A program made the translations under genes and the position numbers. From assembly GCF_036321535.1 (NCBI RefSeq), contig NC_087436.1, positions 9,982,001 through 10,046,000 of the forward strand: a stretch of DNA of 64,000 bases, read 5' to 3'. This document shows positions 11,761 through 26,406 of this stretch, piece after piece; position 1 is the stretch's first letter, and every line of letters starts with the position of its first letter. This stretch comes from Camelus dromedarius. Its lineage: Eukaryota. The notes beneath the pieces were generated by a model. The model ran no database searches, was not told the origin of the DNA, and saw nothing but the letters and a program-made list of their open reading frames with translations.

Positions 11761-13726
11761 TTTTACAAAATGATCAAAAAAAAAACCTTGTAGGAATATG
11801 AATGTGTAACAAAAAACTTAATGCACAGATTAAAACTTATGAAAAAGATATGAAAGAAACAAAGAAAAACAAACAAACAAAATTACCTAATTGTTCCTCT
11901 GACTATAAAAAAGAATTTATCAAATTGTAGGAATAGCCCCACCATACACTGAACTGATCGCCAGGGCAGACTATTCGGCAAAAGAGCATTCAAAAGGAGA
12001 TGATTAAAAACATCAAGACACCTTGTTACATGAAGGAGCTGAGGGAACAGAAGGTGTTTAATCTTGAAATGACTTCCTAGGAGTGGTCCAGACAACTTCC
12101 CACGTTTGAATGGGTAGCCTGTGGTACATAGCATGTTGGTCAGAACATGATGTCCATCCAAGTTAGAAGCAGGACCAAGAGAAGTGTGTTGTATTAAAAA
12201 TATTTCCCATCATCATGAAGAACGAAAGTTTAATCAGAGATAATGAGCTGCCTGCAAAACCAGCAAGTTTTCCACACACAATAGTTTGTACTACTATGCA
12301 AGTTCTCACATTGTGTGGGAGATTCCACTGGTTAACTCTTAAACCCTGTCTGACTTTAAGATTCTCTGATTTTATTAATGTGTCAGAAGCTTTCAAAGGA
12401 CTTGTACGGTTTTAGTCAAATAAATATCTTCTGTCTCCAGGAGACTGTATACAGATACAATGCAGGGATCTAAATTTTAGTTGTACTTTAGATCTTTCAC
12501 AGCATTTTGTGATTTGAATAGTCTTTTCTTACTGACAAAACAAATCACAGACAATAGTCTTGTAGGGCTTAAAAGCTCCCCCCCCCAAAAAAAAATCTCT
12601 GATTTCCCTTAGATTACAAGGTAAATATTCAAGACAGAGTTTCTTATGTTAATTAACAGGCCATTGTGGCTGTGTTAAGAAAGGGAATTGCATTTTCTTT
12701 CTTTCTTCTGTGAGAACAATAAAGCAAATCATGCAGATTTACTTCCGCTGAAAAGGAGGTAAGAAATTTAATGAACAAAATATGCGTTTGACTTTAAAGC
12801 GATGCCTCCACTGAACCTTTCCTTGAGTGTTTTTGCTTCCTAGAATAGAGAATGGTTTTTAAATTATCAACCTGCAACTTGGCCTTATAAAACTGAAGAA
12901 GAAAAGTAAGGGTTGCTACCACTTAGTGAGAATTAGAGAATCAGAACTAGAGAAGGTAGTCCTTGCGGATGTGATGTGTGAACGTTGCAGAAAAGTTCTT
13001 CCCTCCTCTGCACGACAGCTGGTAGCGACTTCTGAACTTCTGTGGGGATCACACCTTTCTCCCCGGAATCCCAAAGCAGAGAGACTCTGGGTGTCTCTCA
13101 GCATCTGAGGACAAACCTGGAGGAAGCAAGTGCTCATCTAAAAATTCTCTGGAGATTTCTCACTTAAGAATTCAAAAAATTTTTATATCATGCTTCCTAC
13201 TTCGGTGGCTACCCAGATACTTAACATAACTTCTCAGTTATCTGGGGTTTTCTTCATTATTTAAAGTAGAACTGATGTGACAGGAAAGTGCATCTTCTGA
13301 CCCTCCTTGGCTCACTGTCAACACCAGGTGAGACACAGCCAGGAGGGACCACTGAGCACCTTCTCCGTCCAACACCTGAAGACTGCTACTTGCCTGTCGC
13401 TCCTGGTCTAACAACCCCGCTGAGAATGCTCTGTATGGAGCGGGCTGGTCCCTTTATAGTCATCAAGTGCCCTGGCAATGGGCACTGAGCGTCTGCATCT
13501 CCATCACCCATCCACACTCTACCCGTCTTTCAAAGCACCACTGAGTCCCTTGACTCCTTAATTGGCTCCTCTCAAATGGAACATTACCTCTTTAAGGTAG
13601 GTACTCTGTGTATCTCCTAGTACCTTCCAAATATTAGATTTAGAACAGAAATGTGTTGATGACATAGTAGAGGCATCAATGGAATAGTAGGTTCTTGCGT
13701 GAGTTAATATTAACATCAAAAGCCAA

Positions 13727-14165
13727 ATTCAACTGAAAAAGAAGAAAGTAGGCAACCTAAAAGTTGAGAATTCTGTGTCATTTGGTGGACTTGCTGGACA
13801 CAAGCCCAGGAGGCAGCCTCTCAGATGGCTCTGAAGAGGTGAGGGAGAAGCCAGGAGACAGAGGAGATTTTGCAACAAAAGCCAGGTAGTTGAAACATCA
13901 AAAGATAACCGTTAATGAAAGAAAACCAGAGTCAATGAATTTAACGCTTTTCCATGTATGGGAATTTGCAAGAGTCTGGGCTCACTGAACCCATTCCTTT
14001 GCCATGCACCTAGCTCTCTAGGGCCAGTGTCCTGTTCTTCCCCCCCCCCCCCCCGCCCCCCCGAGTCCCCTGGAGGCACAGCTGGAGGGCACCTGCAGTG
14101 GCTGAGGGCCCCATGGCCACAGCACCCTTTGTTTACTGCCACAGCAGGTGATGTTCTTGTCCACA
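13727..14165 (-). mobile_element. ERV LTR-like remnant in NPY1R intron 1
   Basis: CAACCTAAAAGTTGAGA...CAGCCTCTCAGATGGCTCTGA...GCAAGAGTCTGGGCTCACTGAA resembles cetartiodactyl LTRs; family not confirmed. Confidence 0.6.
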
Positions 14166-14299
14166 CAATCACAGTCCTTTTACATGCAAAATGGATGCTA
14201 ATTATAATAGTCATTTTATTTGGTTAGGTATAAAGGGGGAAAATGTTCCACTTTGTGTAAAAAAAAAAAAAAAGTTGTTTCTGAAAGAGAGTCCATTCA

Positions 14300-14960
14300 C
14301 ACTTCAATTTTTATTGAGCAGGACATTGTGTCATGTGTGGTTTTAGTGGAGACAATAGTGACCTTCCTATTGAGTGTCTAGTCTTGTGGGCACAGAAAGA
14401 CAAGGACAAATGGATCCGTAGAAGAGATAGGGTGTTGGATAGGAAGTGCCATGGAGGAAAATGAAGCAAGGAAGGGGGACTGGGACTAGGGGGTGCAGCT
14501 TGTTACTGGGGGGCAGGGAAGGCCTCAGAGTGCCTGGGGAGATGGTGGTGAGCCTTGCCTTGAGGGAGGAAGTCAGGCAGATACCTTCGGGATGCGCCCC
14601 AGGTGGGAAGAACAAATGTGAGATCCGTAAGAAGAAAGGATGCTTGTTGTGCCAGACAGATGAGGAGCAGAATAAATAAGGCAGAGACTATAGGGAAGTC
14701 ACTGCAAAGGTAAACAGAGGAGAAAGAGACTGTGGGCGCCTGTCTCCATGGGACAGCCTTTAACCTTGCATCTGGGACAGATGAGGACTTGCTGGAGAGG
14801 CTCTGGCAAAGGCATGAAGTTCTCTGACTTGCTTTCAGATTATTCCTCTCACAGTTGTTTTCAAAGACTGAAGATAGGAGAGAGCAGACAGAGGGAGACT
14901 CCTTTACAGGCTGGTGCAATAATCCAGGTGAGAGAGACTGGAGGTGTTAGCAGGGCAAAG
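14300..14960 (-). mobile_element. L2 relic
   Basis: TTTATTGAGCA..., GGAAGGCCTC..., GCAATAATCCAGGTGAGAGA motifs typical of L2 3' region. Confidence 0.55.
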
Positions 14961-16291
14961 GAAGAAAAACAGTTTATATCTCTTGACCGACTGACAAAAT
15001 TCAACACATATGGGAACTAACGCAAACATTTATTAAATTATTACAATCTATGGGCTACAAATCTTTCTTGCAGATGAGTTTAGTTTAAATATACTGAAAC
15101 CCTATTTGGATACCTTTGAATTCTATTTGCTAGACATCTCCCATGAGGAAAAGCTGGTTCCTCATTAAGTAGAAGTTAACTTCACTATAAGGAAAATACA
15201 AACTTTATTGTTTAAATGTATTTGAGAGACGTTTTTGCTAAGTGCATGTCATTCTAATTGGGTAAAACAGGTCTGCATTGGATACAATATGTATTCTCAG
15301 CCTACCTTAGTACAATCTCCAGAATGTGAGAAAATAACAATATTGAGAAAGAATTTACATACATTACCTTTGCAAAAGAAAAAGATTTGATATTTACTAT
15401 TCCAATGTATATTTCTAAGATAAGGCATGCAATGACAGACACTGAAAAAAATTAAAGGTGGTTATATTTCAATATAGCTGTCTTGTGCCTTCAGAGACAA
15501 AACGGACACACTGCATATATGTATCACCAGTTGGCAAACTGGCCCCCTTCCAAAGGGAAATTTCTTTCTCCATTTCAATCAGAATGCTGGCCTCGACCCT
15601 TCCTCTTACTACCTGAAAACACAGCTCTCCGGTCATAACCTGCTGCAGATACCTTTCTTCATATGCTCAGAACTAGTCACTAATCTCCCCTGTTTTTGGA
15701 AAACAAATGATAGCCTTGGTACAGCATCCTCCCAAAGTTACTGCTAGTTTATCGACACGGGTTACATAATTCTCTGTTCTTTTCCCTTCCAGGAAGGCTT
15801 GCTCAACAGACAGCAGCCTTAAAACAATAAGAAAAGACGAATAAAGCAGTAGTTACCCACTGAAAAGCTCTCAGTCTTTAGTCACGGGTGGGGAACTGTG
15901 CCGCCAGCTTTCTGCTCTCTCTTGCTTCCGAGGAAGGAGCCTGGAATCCAGGGACTGACAGCTCCCGGGGCCGGGGTTCCCGTTCAGGCAGAGCCAGGCA
16001 AGCCCTGGGCTTCCTCCTGTTACACTTTCCCTAGGGTCCTGGTGGAAATTGTTAATCTGAGAGCTCTTTAAAAAAAGGGGGTGGGGGTGGGGGAGGTGTC
16101 AAAGCACACTCCCTCCCTCTTCCCGCCCCTAGGTTTTCCCTGTGCTTCAGGAGTTACCAAAGAGCAAACGGAATGTGTTAAATCAAAATTCCTGTCGGAA
16201 CGCTGACGCGCCCACCTTTTTCATATTGTGTGACTAAGTGACTCGCCCCAAATTTTCCTCGTTCCTAGCACTCCCTTTCCCCCACACTCCG

Positions 16292-16308
16292 ACACACACA
16301 CACACACA

Positions 16309-16357
<49 letters not shown>
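16292..16357. repeat. (CA)~33 microsatellite with one interruption
   Basis: Read directly. Confidence 0.98.
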
Positions 16358-16360
<3 letters not shown>

Positions 16361-16649
16361 ACCCATCTTTCGGGGGACATAATGATGAGACTGGCAAATC
16401 AGAAAACACCCACAACAATCAGAATCAAACAAGCAGAGCCCAAACTCGGTTCACTCTGGCCCAACAGCAGTCCTTAAAACAGTCGCCTCTCTCCAGTCTA
16501 CCTGGGGATCAATGGACCACTCTCAGGCCACCTCCATCTCCAGCCCATCCGCAATCTCTTACCCAGCCGGGCTCCACCATCACAGGAGTAAAAGGAGCTG
16601 AAGAGTTAGATGATGAAAACTCGGAAGGAGGGGGAAAGGCTCAGGGTGT

Positions 16650-17720
16650 CTCCTAGGGCGCAGCGCAGACTGGAGGGACCAGCAAACCGGAGCAGGGCTC
16701 CACCCAGCCAGCGTGCGGGGCGCCCACGGGTGTCCGCGGACACGTGCCGCGCGCGGGGCGAAGGTGGACCCGCCAACCCGCCTCCCTCAGCCGTCCCAGC
16801 GGCGCGTTCCTCCGCAAAAGCCCAGCGTAACCGCCCCGCGGAGCCTCGGAAAGATGCCCAAAACATCTTTGCGAAGCAGGGAGGACCGTATTTCACGAGA
16901 ACTCGAGGAGGAGAATTCGGATCCCGTGCAGAAGCCGGGTCACCGGGGTCGGCCCCGCACCGCAGGCGGTCCCAGATGGCCGGTGGTTTGGAGCGTCTCG
17001 CCAACCACCAGCGCGGGGACCGAACCGAAGGCTGCCTGCGCGCCCACAGCTCCCTAGAGCCCATTTCGGGACTCGCGTGCCTTTTCTTCCTCTCTCATCC
17101 TGCACCCCATCAGTGAAAGATTTCCCAAAAGTAAGTCCCCGAAAAGATGTCCACTTGAAACTTACCCTCTCTGCCGGATCCGTCTTTTAGCCGGTTTCTA
17201 AGAGCGGGAAGGGCGGTCGTGGAGAGGAGCGGAGCGCGGAGAGAAGATCGCGGGTGTTTCTCCGGCTCAAATTCTAAAGATCGGTGAGGATGGGAAGAGC
17301 CGCCCCTGAAGCCGGGCTCCACCTCGTCCCGGCCACGTGACGGCCCCGGGCGGCGCCGCAGCCCCCCGCACCCCTTTCGGCGGACGCGCCTGGGCCGCCG
17401 GGGAATTCGGGAGGCCGAGCCGGGAGATGCGCGCGCTGTCGGACCGCGCGCCCGGCCCGGGGGTGCGCGCTCGGCGCTCGGCTCTCGGCCAGGCCGGGAG
17501 GGAGGCGCGGTGCCGGGCGGCGAGGTCGTGCCCGCGTGCCGTCGTTGGCGGTCGGTGCCACCTCGCGGCCGAGGTCGCGCCAGCTGTGCGCGCGGCGGAG
17601 CAACAGCCCGGCTCGGGGAAAGGGGCGCGAAGCCCACTGCCAGTGCGCCGCCCCTGCCTCCCTCGCTCTCCCCTGTGACGTTGGGATGTCAGTTACGCCA
17701 GGCCAAGTTTTCCCTGCATT
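16650..17720 (-). promoter_or_regulatory. NPY1R: CpG island, main NPY1R promoter / first exon region
   Basis: Very GC- and CpG-rich, ~6 kb upstream of exon 2; GC boxes; E-box CACGTG at 17334-17339 overlapping TGACG. Confidence 0.85.
17166..17300 (-). other. NPY1R: Candidate non-coding NPY1R exon 1 (5' end unknown)
   Basis: Consensus donor AGAGG|GTAAGT (GT at 17165-17164) inside the CpG island. Confidence 0.55.
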
Positions 17721-18094
17721 TTACACTGTGAACCAAAAGAAGACCTTAAAAAGGCAAAAGGAGCGAACCCGGGTGAAATAGACGGGCCTTTAAAAAAGTC
17801 CTTTTTCCCTCTACTGGGAAAATGCGTTGAGTCCGATTTGTCCCCAGCACCGTTACTTCTTTCAGGAAAGCACGAGGAGCAGAACATTTTCCCGCTGGTC
17901 ACTGAGAGTCAGTGCCATTTCCTTGGTACTTAATCCACTACCTTGCTGAATAGTATGAAGGAAGAACAGAACAGAATGTACTTTGATGGTGCAAAGCCGT
18001 CCTAGTGCCTGATGATTCAGGCTCATTGCTGATACACTAATCTCAGATGTTTACACAATTCTAGTCTACTTAGAGAAGCCAAAGTTGTGTAGGA

Positions 18095-18098
18095 CACA

Positions 18099-18153
<55 letters not shown>
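18095..18153. repeat. Compound (CA)n(CT)~20(CA)n microsatellite just upstream of the NPY1R island
   Basis: Read directly. Confidence 0.95.
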
Positions 18154-18154
<1 letters not shown>

Positions 18155-19584
18155 GAGTTTACTGATGTAGATGAATACAATGTCTTCCAAATCAAACTGT
18201 CAAATAATAGAAAGTCTTCCTAATCAAGATACAGGACACTGTCTAGAAGACACAAACAAGTTTTACTACATAACAACTGTGATTGCATTCTGTCTTTAAA
18301 ATAAAAACAAAACAAAACAAAATTCCCAGACAAATGGAATCACTGGAACTGTATTGGAAAATGTTTTATTGTTCTAGTTGTTAGGCTGAATAAATACTAT
18401 TTAAAGCTCAACAGAAACTATAACTCATTTATTTATATAAATGGTGATGGTCATGATCTCTTGTTTTTTCTTACCCCCTTCCCCACCCCAGGAAAGCTTT
18501 CTAAAACATTTGTCATTTGATATAATGTTAAAAAGTTGGAAAGGGATTATGACTGAGAATTAAAATAGCATGGCTGTATAAGTGTACTCTAATTGTAGAT
18601 ATAAACATATATTTTTAAAAACACCACTAATGACAAAAGAGTAAAACAGTAGATATATATATTCCTTCTTTCTTTTTCTTTTTCTTTAAACCAAGGATGA
18701 AAATCTAAGGCATAAATTTAGGAATTTCAACCACTTAAAAAGCAATAACACATTTAGGTTTATGTTCACTCTGTGTTTACTCCATTCTGTTAAGTCACAT
18801 TCTATTCATAGAAGCAAATTTACTCCCAAGGTCTTGATCATCAAATTGGCTATTTTTAATCTGCTGCAAGGATTACAAATAAAATAATTTAATTCTCTAA
18901 AAAGAATACATTTTATGTAAACATTTTTGCTATATCAGCAAATATTTTGTATTTAAGAATATAATTTGGACTCATTAGATCATTTCCTTTCCATGTTTTC
19001 CAAGAATACTAATAAAGGAGTGTCTGCAAGAATGCCTGAATTACTGTGACCTTGTATTTTGTCATCTTATTCATTTTTATAAAGTGCCTCTCCAGGCAAA
19101 TTTGCAAAGCTGCATTCTTGAGATATTAATATCAATATCAGTACCAATCTTTGAATGACCATTGGTCTCAAAGACTTTTTTCCATGTCAGATTTTGAGAA
19201 GTTTTGAAACTTTGAACAAAAACAGCAAGTTTATACAATTGTCTAGGAATATCATTTACTAAAGAGTCTATCAAATGTGTAAACTAGAAAATGTAGTTAT
19301 AGTATAATAACCAAATACAACATAAGATCTTCCTATAATATAACCTCAGAAGACTTAAAATAAACCAGGTAATCTTACTCAGAAGATAAGCATTAAAGAG
19401 TAATCTGAGTTCCTCAGAAGATGTGTGTTGAAGACGTTTTTTAATCCACTCTTAAGTGAACAGTCAGTTGCAACTTTTAAAGCAGAAGTTTTAAAGATAA
19501 ATATAAGTGTAAGCCAGCACCAATAACTGCAATCTGTTTGTTTTTTGAGGGAAGAAATGAACCTTTAAGAGATACTAAGTGCAT

Positions 19585-20142
19585 ATTTACAAAGCCAAGA
19601 CAGGGAAGCATTCTAAATGTCCATCAACAGAGGACTGGATAAAGAAGATGTGGTATATTTATACAATGGAATACTACTCAGCCAGAAAAAGAATGAAATA
19701 ATACCATTTGCAGCAACATGGATGGACATGGAGATGATCATTCTAAGTGAAGTAAGCCAGAAAGAGAAAGAAAAATACCATATGATATCATTTATATGTG
19801 GAATCTTAAAAAAAGGACACAAAAGAACTTATTTACAAAACAGACACAGACTCACAGACATAGAAAACAAACTTATGGTTACCCGGGGGGATAGGGGGTG
19901 GGGAGGAATAAATTGAGATTTAAAGATTTGTAGATACTATTATATGAAAAATAAATAAACAATAAGGCCCTACTGTATAGCATAGGGAACTATATTCAAT
20001 ACCTTGTAATGGCCTATAATGAAAAAGAATATGAAAAGGAATATATATATATATATATGTATATGTATGCATAAACGAATCATTATGCTGTACACTGGAA
20101 ATTAACACAACATTGTAAATCGACTAAACTTCAATTTAAAAA
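19585..20142 (+). mobile_element. Relatively young L1 3' fragment (ORF2 end + 3'UTR)
   Basis: AAATGTCCATCAACAGAGGACTGGATAAAGAAGATGTGG; peptide KKNEIIPFAATWMDMEMIILSEVSQ; A-rich end. Confidence 0.9.
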
Positions 20143-21949
20143 ATGCTTCCAGTAAAGCAATGACATACAATCAATTGTAAATGAATCTCAAAGTTAGAGT
20201 GTTACAATGTTCTTAAAGGTCCTCATCTTAGAACCAATAAAACATAGTAGGTAAAGAACTTTGACTAAATTGGTTAGTACATTCAAATAGTCAATGTGAT
20301 CACTTCATTCAGCTGTCTTTTTCAGACAATTAACTAGCAGAAAGAAGTGACAGTTAATTGAGTTATAATCTTAGTATACAATTATATAGACAATCCATCT
20401 GTCTTCCTTGTGTAGAAGACACCAAGTATCATTTATGGATTTGTTCTTGATTGGAAATGAGAATGCACTTCAAGAACGTTCTCATTTGGTTACACAGGCT
20501 ACAAATTTAGAGATTCATTTTAAAACTCTGTCAGAATAGAATCTGTAGGACTAAGATCTTAAAATTATTTGGTAAATATTCAAACATTTTCATGCAGATT
20601 TCATCTTGTTAGACACACTTTCAACCTTCAACAAATGTGTAATATTATTTTACAAAAGTGTAATATTGTGTATTTACTGCATGGTAAAATGAAAAGAGCT
20701 TTGCCATTGTCATATTGTTGTTTTGATTATATTACCAGTTGTTCGTATCTCCCTTCAAAGAGGAGTAGGAATAGCTAGTGAGAAGGGCAAATATGGATGC
20801 CACCATTGATTGACCTTCCACCATCCATGAAAAAGGTCTCCATTCATCCTGCCGCAGTGCCCCTCCAACCCTACCCCGACCCCGGAAACCTCAGGCTTGG
20901 CATTAGACCCCTTCACAACACAGCACAGCAGCAGATCAGACTTGGCCCCTTGATATAAAGCTATTTCCCATCCTGAGACAGGGCAATTTTTCCCAAAGAT
21001 AAGAAAAAGATTCCTTACGTGAACATAAATCATTTAACAAAGAGGTGCAGAGGCGGTATGATTTCCCAAGGAATCACTTTTCTTAGGTGGTTATGCCTTA
21101 GTCATTCCTTTGTGTAAGGTCTAGCTGTTGCTTTTCTTTCCCCAGACACATACAAAGCCAGAAAGAGACCACGGTGCCAAGTCTGGTCTGTGATATAACC
21201 TGACTCTTCTCACCCTGGGGACCTGCCTGGCTACCACTCTCTGCTAGCAGAGTACATTGGTGAAAATAACTCAACTGCACAGATTATTGCAACTACAAAT
21301 TCAGAACCTCAGTTGAGCTTTAAATATTACTCAGAAATTCCTGGGCTTGGGTGACACCCAATTCTGCTCCTCTAAGAAGCTATTTCAAATTGCCACCCTC
21401 TCTCCCAGGCTCCTGCCTCATACACTCAAGACTCAGTGAATGCCTTCTTCCTTCTGAAGGGAGTAAAAGCCATAGCATATTTATTTCCTTTCACAGCCCT
21501 CATTTTGGCAGCAGATCCCCCAGCCCAGCTGATTCAGCCTCCACGCATCGAGTGACATTAGCCCACTGAGTTTTCCCAGCTGCCACGCCAAACACCACGT
21601 GATGGAGACCAGCCATTGTCATTGTGCTTTCCTGAGGGGCGGACCCACTCAATCCACCAGTGGTTGTGTTGCCACTAATTTCTGGGAGGTTTGTTACACA
21701 ACAATCACATAACTGTAACACCTGTTGATTCAACAATTCACATTTCTAGGCTCAACACTGAAGGCAAAAATAGCAAAACAAAATCACTCGCACTTCCTCA
21801 TTGTCACTCTCACTCATGTCATAGACTCTCTGGCGACCTCCTCTTTCCTGGTCACTCCTCCAAGATTAAGGTACATTTCCTGCCCTCTCATTGTTCCTCA
21901 GATGATCCGCTGGGACTTGCTTCTGCCCAGGACACCAATGGCTAAACCA

Positions 21950-23620
21950 GTGGACACAGTTAAGACTTTATTACGTCTTTACAGTTGCATTTGACTCCCT
22001 TCACCATCCTCTACTGGAATCTTCCTTTTCTTTGAACCTCACTAACTATACTTCAGATGGCTCTCTTTCTTACTGGCTATGCGCAGTCTTCTTCCCCAGG
22101 ATCTGCTGTCTCCACCTCCTTCTTAGGGTTTTTTTCTCCCTCGGACCCTTTTGTATCAATGGGCCAGAGATGGTCCCTGTCTGTTAGCTTTAAGTGGTCG
22201 CCATAATGTTGACTTCTTCACAGCTGGCCAGGACACCCATGCCGGATGGCATTCATCTCAAATTCTCACACATCTAATTGCTTTAAATGCAATTCAGATA
22301 AAGATAATTTTAGCCATTTAGAGCTGACCTAATTTCAATACTCTGAGAAATTGCACCCAACATCTGCTAACCTTCAGTAAGACAAATCCTGTAACTCTAA
22401 AAAGACATTGATCTGCTGCCGCCCTTCAGAGCCCTCTGACCCAAGTCTCCCCAACTTGCCACCAAGTGACATCACCTAAACACTGATCCCCTCTCTGTTT
22501 TCTCCTTCTTTCCAGGGGTCCCCTGTCCCATCCCCCTTCTGAATGGTAGTCCACATTGTTGTCTCTGGAAGATCTCTTGCTGGGAGAAGCTTCCTTATCA
22601 AGCAAGCCTGTCCAGAACCACCCAAATAAGGCTTGTGTGTCCTGCGTTTCTAGTCCTGTCTCTTCCCTGATCAGCCCTGAAATTCCCAGATTTACCAGAG
22701 ATCTCATTCTTAATCTCCTTTCACTTTCAAGCTTAATCATACCCTCTGCCATCAATCACATGCTTATATGTTGTTTGTAATCCTAAATCTCCATGTGAAG
22801 TACAGACCCCTCCCAAGCTTCCTTGGCAAATGTGCTTCACAGCTGGTGGACCTTATGCAAGCCAGTAACATCTTCTCTACCCCTCAAGCTGGAACCTGAA
22901 AATCGTTCCCCATATTTCCCTCTCTTGCACTCTCAGATTCAACTGGTCTCAAATTCAATTGGTCAGTTGGGAATTGGTCACACATTCTCACTGCTTTCAC
23001 CACCTAATACATCTAAAATGTGTTCTTTCACATCCATCAAGGTCCGCTTATTTCTCTACTAAATGGTCTCTTGGCCACCAGCTACTTTCTCAGCAGTCCA
23101 GTGATATCACCGCTCAGCTGAAATCTTCTAGGTGCTCTCCAGATCCTTTACCCAAAGTGCAAACAATGTCCTTTCTAACATTTTCAGTGTCATCCTCTGC
23201 CCATCCCTGCACACTTCAAATGGCACTGTCTGCACTTCTCTGAAGGTTACTCCATCAGCTTCACGCTGTTTCCCCCCTTCTTACTTGCTCACCCCCTCGG
23301 TCTGCTGGTTTGTTCCACCAGTTCTTCAAACTTCAGTTCAAGGATCTTCTCCACTATGAAGTCCTGTCTTATACATCTCTCTCCATCTCCCAAATCCGCC
23401 TGCCCCCCCCCCCCCACCGGCTGAGTTTGCCCTCCTATGCACTCTGAATTCATCTCTAACCTAGAATTTTTCACACTGTATTGCAGTCACTATATATTCA
23501 CACAGATTAACAGCTACACTATGATCTCTAGAAGGCAGTGACTATTTTTTTTCACCTCTTAAAACAGAGCCAGGAATAATATCTGGCGTATAATAAGATA
23601 CTGAAAACAGTTCTGTTGGG
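21950..23620 (+). mobile_element. Degenerate L2 fragments
   Basis: Pyrimidine-rich strand with an L2-like 3' end (CTCTAGAAGGCAGTGACT...GGAATAATATCTGGC). Confidence 0.4.
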
Positions 23621-26406
23621 GGATTGAAGAACAAGAAATAGGATTGGACTAAATAAATTATGAACATCACAAATCAAATCTATTTGTTCATCGCAAACCT
23701 TTTAAAATAATCTTCAGCATTTGTAGCCATGGTGAATTACTGTTATACACATACACACACACACACACGTAATGCATGTATACATGTAGGCATTTTATAC
23801 ATTATTACAACTATACTCCTCTTGCTGATTCTTCTTATAGTTTTGGATTGCCTTATGTGTTGATTCTGTTTTCCCCATTAAATGTAAGCTTAAATAATTG
23901 ACCTTACTGCCTTTGAAAATGCATATAATGTCAAGTAGAGAAAATGTCTCATACCTTTTTCTACCTACTGAATACTATAATTTTAAAAGCTGGATTACCT
24001 GTGAAAATGATGAGATTAAGACTGTGGTAACTGATGCATTTTTGAAGAGCATATTATTCAATCATATCCACTTCTGATTCTGAGCTTATGCTTTGAACAG
24101 TTCTCTAAACATTCTTTTTAAAGGCCATTCAAAACAAACCAACATACCAGAAATACATAAATAAACTGGTTCCCTTTCATTTCCACTTAAATATAGCAAA
24201 GCTATATTTAGACTTATAACTAGATTTAAAATATTATCCATGAAAAATTAACTGAGAAATGGACATTGAGGTGATACTTGTCAACAACACTTTTTGTGAG
24301 TTTTAACCTACAAAAGAGAAGAATATATGATCTGTATATGAACTTACATGATAGAATATTGTGTTTCCAAAGGAATCCATGCTCTCCCTCATTATTTATT
24401 TTGCAATAAAAATTTTAAAATAATATAATTAGATAAAGAATGGTTTGTTGTAAGACACCCACAACTTCTTAAAAGAATGAATCAAATAATAAATATTATA
24501 TATTTATTACTAGCTACAGGGAAAAGAATATGCAGTAATAATGCGAATCTTCATCAAAAATATTTTTCTTCTTTTTCTTTTTTTTTTTTAGTTCTCCTAA
24601 TATGAAGGGGAAACAGCCAAAGTTTATGGCCATCAAATTTTTCTGAAGATCCAAAAGGCTGTTTTTCTACCCATATGTCTGTAATATGTGCTTATTAATG
24701 GCATAAAATCAGAGGTATTCCAAGCCAAAGTGGGTGCCAGATCTACTAGTCAGAATATTTTGTTTGGCAGGCAAAGAAAGTAAAGACTAAAAAGATCAAG
24801 TGGCCTAAAGCCACATCACTAATTTGAGATAAAACCTGGCTGCATCCAGGTGTTACGACAAACATCCATCAAACAAATATGTATATGGTACGTGATTGTC
24901 TAACTATACACGTGTGTATTGCACATAAGTGTATATATCTTTTTAACATAAAAAATTAAAAGAACTGTACGTTCCCTCTGGAATCATTCACTGCTCTATA
25001 TTTAATGATGTAATCATTAGCGCATCAAAAAGAAAGATAAAATTTTGCTTAAGTAGCACGGTGCTGGTCAGAAAAAGGCAGTGAAATGTTTATAGATCCC
25101 CCTCAGCTCCTCAAAATGAACATTAATCTCTGGGAAAATGACTCTATGCATTCGAATACTTTGAGTTATCTTTTTTTTTAATAGCTTTTGTTACTTTAAA
25201 AAATACATGCATCTCACAATTGTAAGTTAGTTCCTTAAGCCTAAATATTGATTATGTGACAAACTATTACTATTCAAAGAAATCAATGCAGCAATGAGCA
25301 TCAGAAAAGTATTTTTAACACATAAAAATGGCCCTTTCCATACCATTTAAGAATTAAAGATTTAAACTTACCATGACAGAAACAGTGGACAAAGAAACGT
25401 TTACTCTTAATGAATGTAACAAAAATTGTCAGAGAAAAAAGTGCAACAAATAATAGTATTTTCTTTAGTTTATTTACTCCCACTATTCCTATAACTAACA
25501 TATCAAGATCATGTATCATTTGAGAAGATATCAAAGTGCTTTAGTAACTGTCTTTCCCAGATGGTAGTCATTACTAAAATGTAGCAGTTACTTTGACAAA
25601 AACAGCAGAGTTTCCTCAGAGAAATGTCGCCCCACACATTGTCTGGAGAGTGTTTTGTCATTCAATAATTTGTCTTAGGAGTCCTCAGTAATTTTAACTT
25701 TTACCTTTATAGATATGGTTTCTTCCATAACTGTTAAAGAAACATGAGAACTGGGAAATAGCCAGTTTAATTTTGTAACACAGATGAAATCCAACTTAAT
25801 TTCCCAACTGAGCATTTTCTGAATAGTGAGTGGGAAAAAAAAAAATAGGACAGGGGTGGACATTACTAGTTCTCTTCCCAGAGGTTGTTCTCCCTCTGCT
25901 AAAATGTTACTCCCTCAGACAGAAACAAAATTACTCTATCATGTCCTGCAGAGTGATGGTGATTAGTCTTGAATCCCTCTTGGGAAATTTGAAGGGAAAA
26001 ACACACTTGTCCTGATATTTTCCTGTTTGTGCGGCACATTGTTGGAATTTTCAAATTGACAATTTCTTCAAAAAAAGGATTTCTAATAATGTGTTCACTC
26101 CATGTGCACCAAATGTGTCTTTAAAGAAGAAATTCTGACTTCCTTTTTTGAAACTTGCACATTTGTGTGTGTGGTGAGAAGGAAAAGGGTGGGTTAACCA
26201 AAATCTTCATCTCAAAAACATGTTGTTCTTTTATTTTTACTCTAATAATGATAGTTGCTTCAACCTAAAGATTCATTCCATCAAAAGAAAAAAAAGCCTA
26301 TTTTGTAGAAAAGTGAAAAATACAATTCATCTGTATTTCTAATATACAAAAGTTTATAGCATAAACTACTTTTTTCCTTTTTTTTTTTTTTTTTTTTGGA
26401 AGATGG

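Noticed and set aside
16606..17781. Multiple 100-175 aa ORFs on both strands
   Set aside because: Same GC-rich artefact in the NPY1R promoter island
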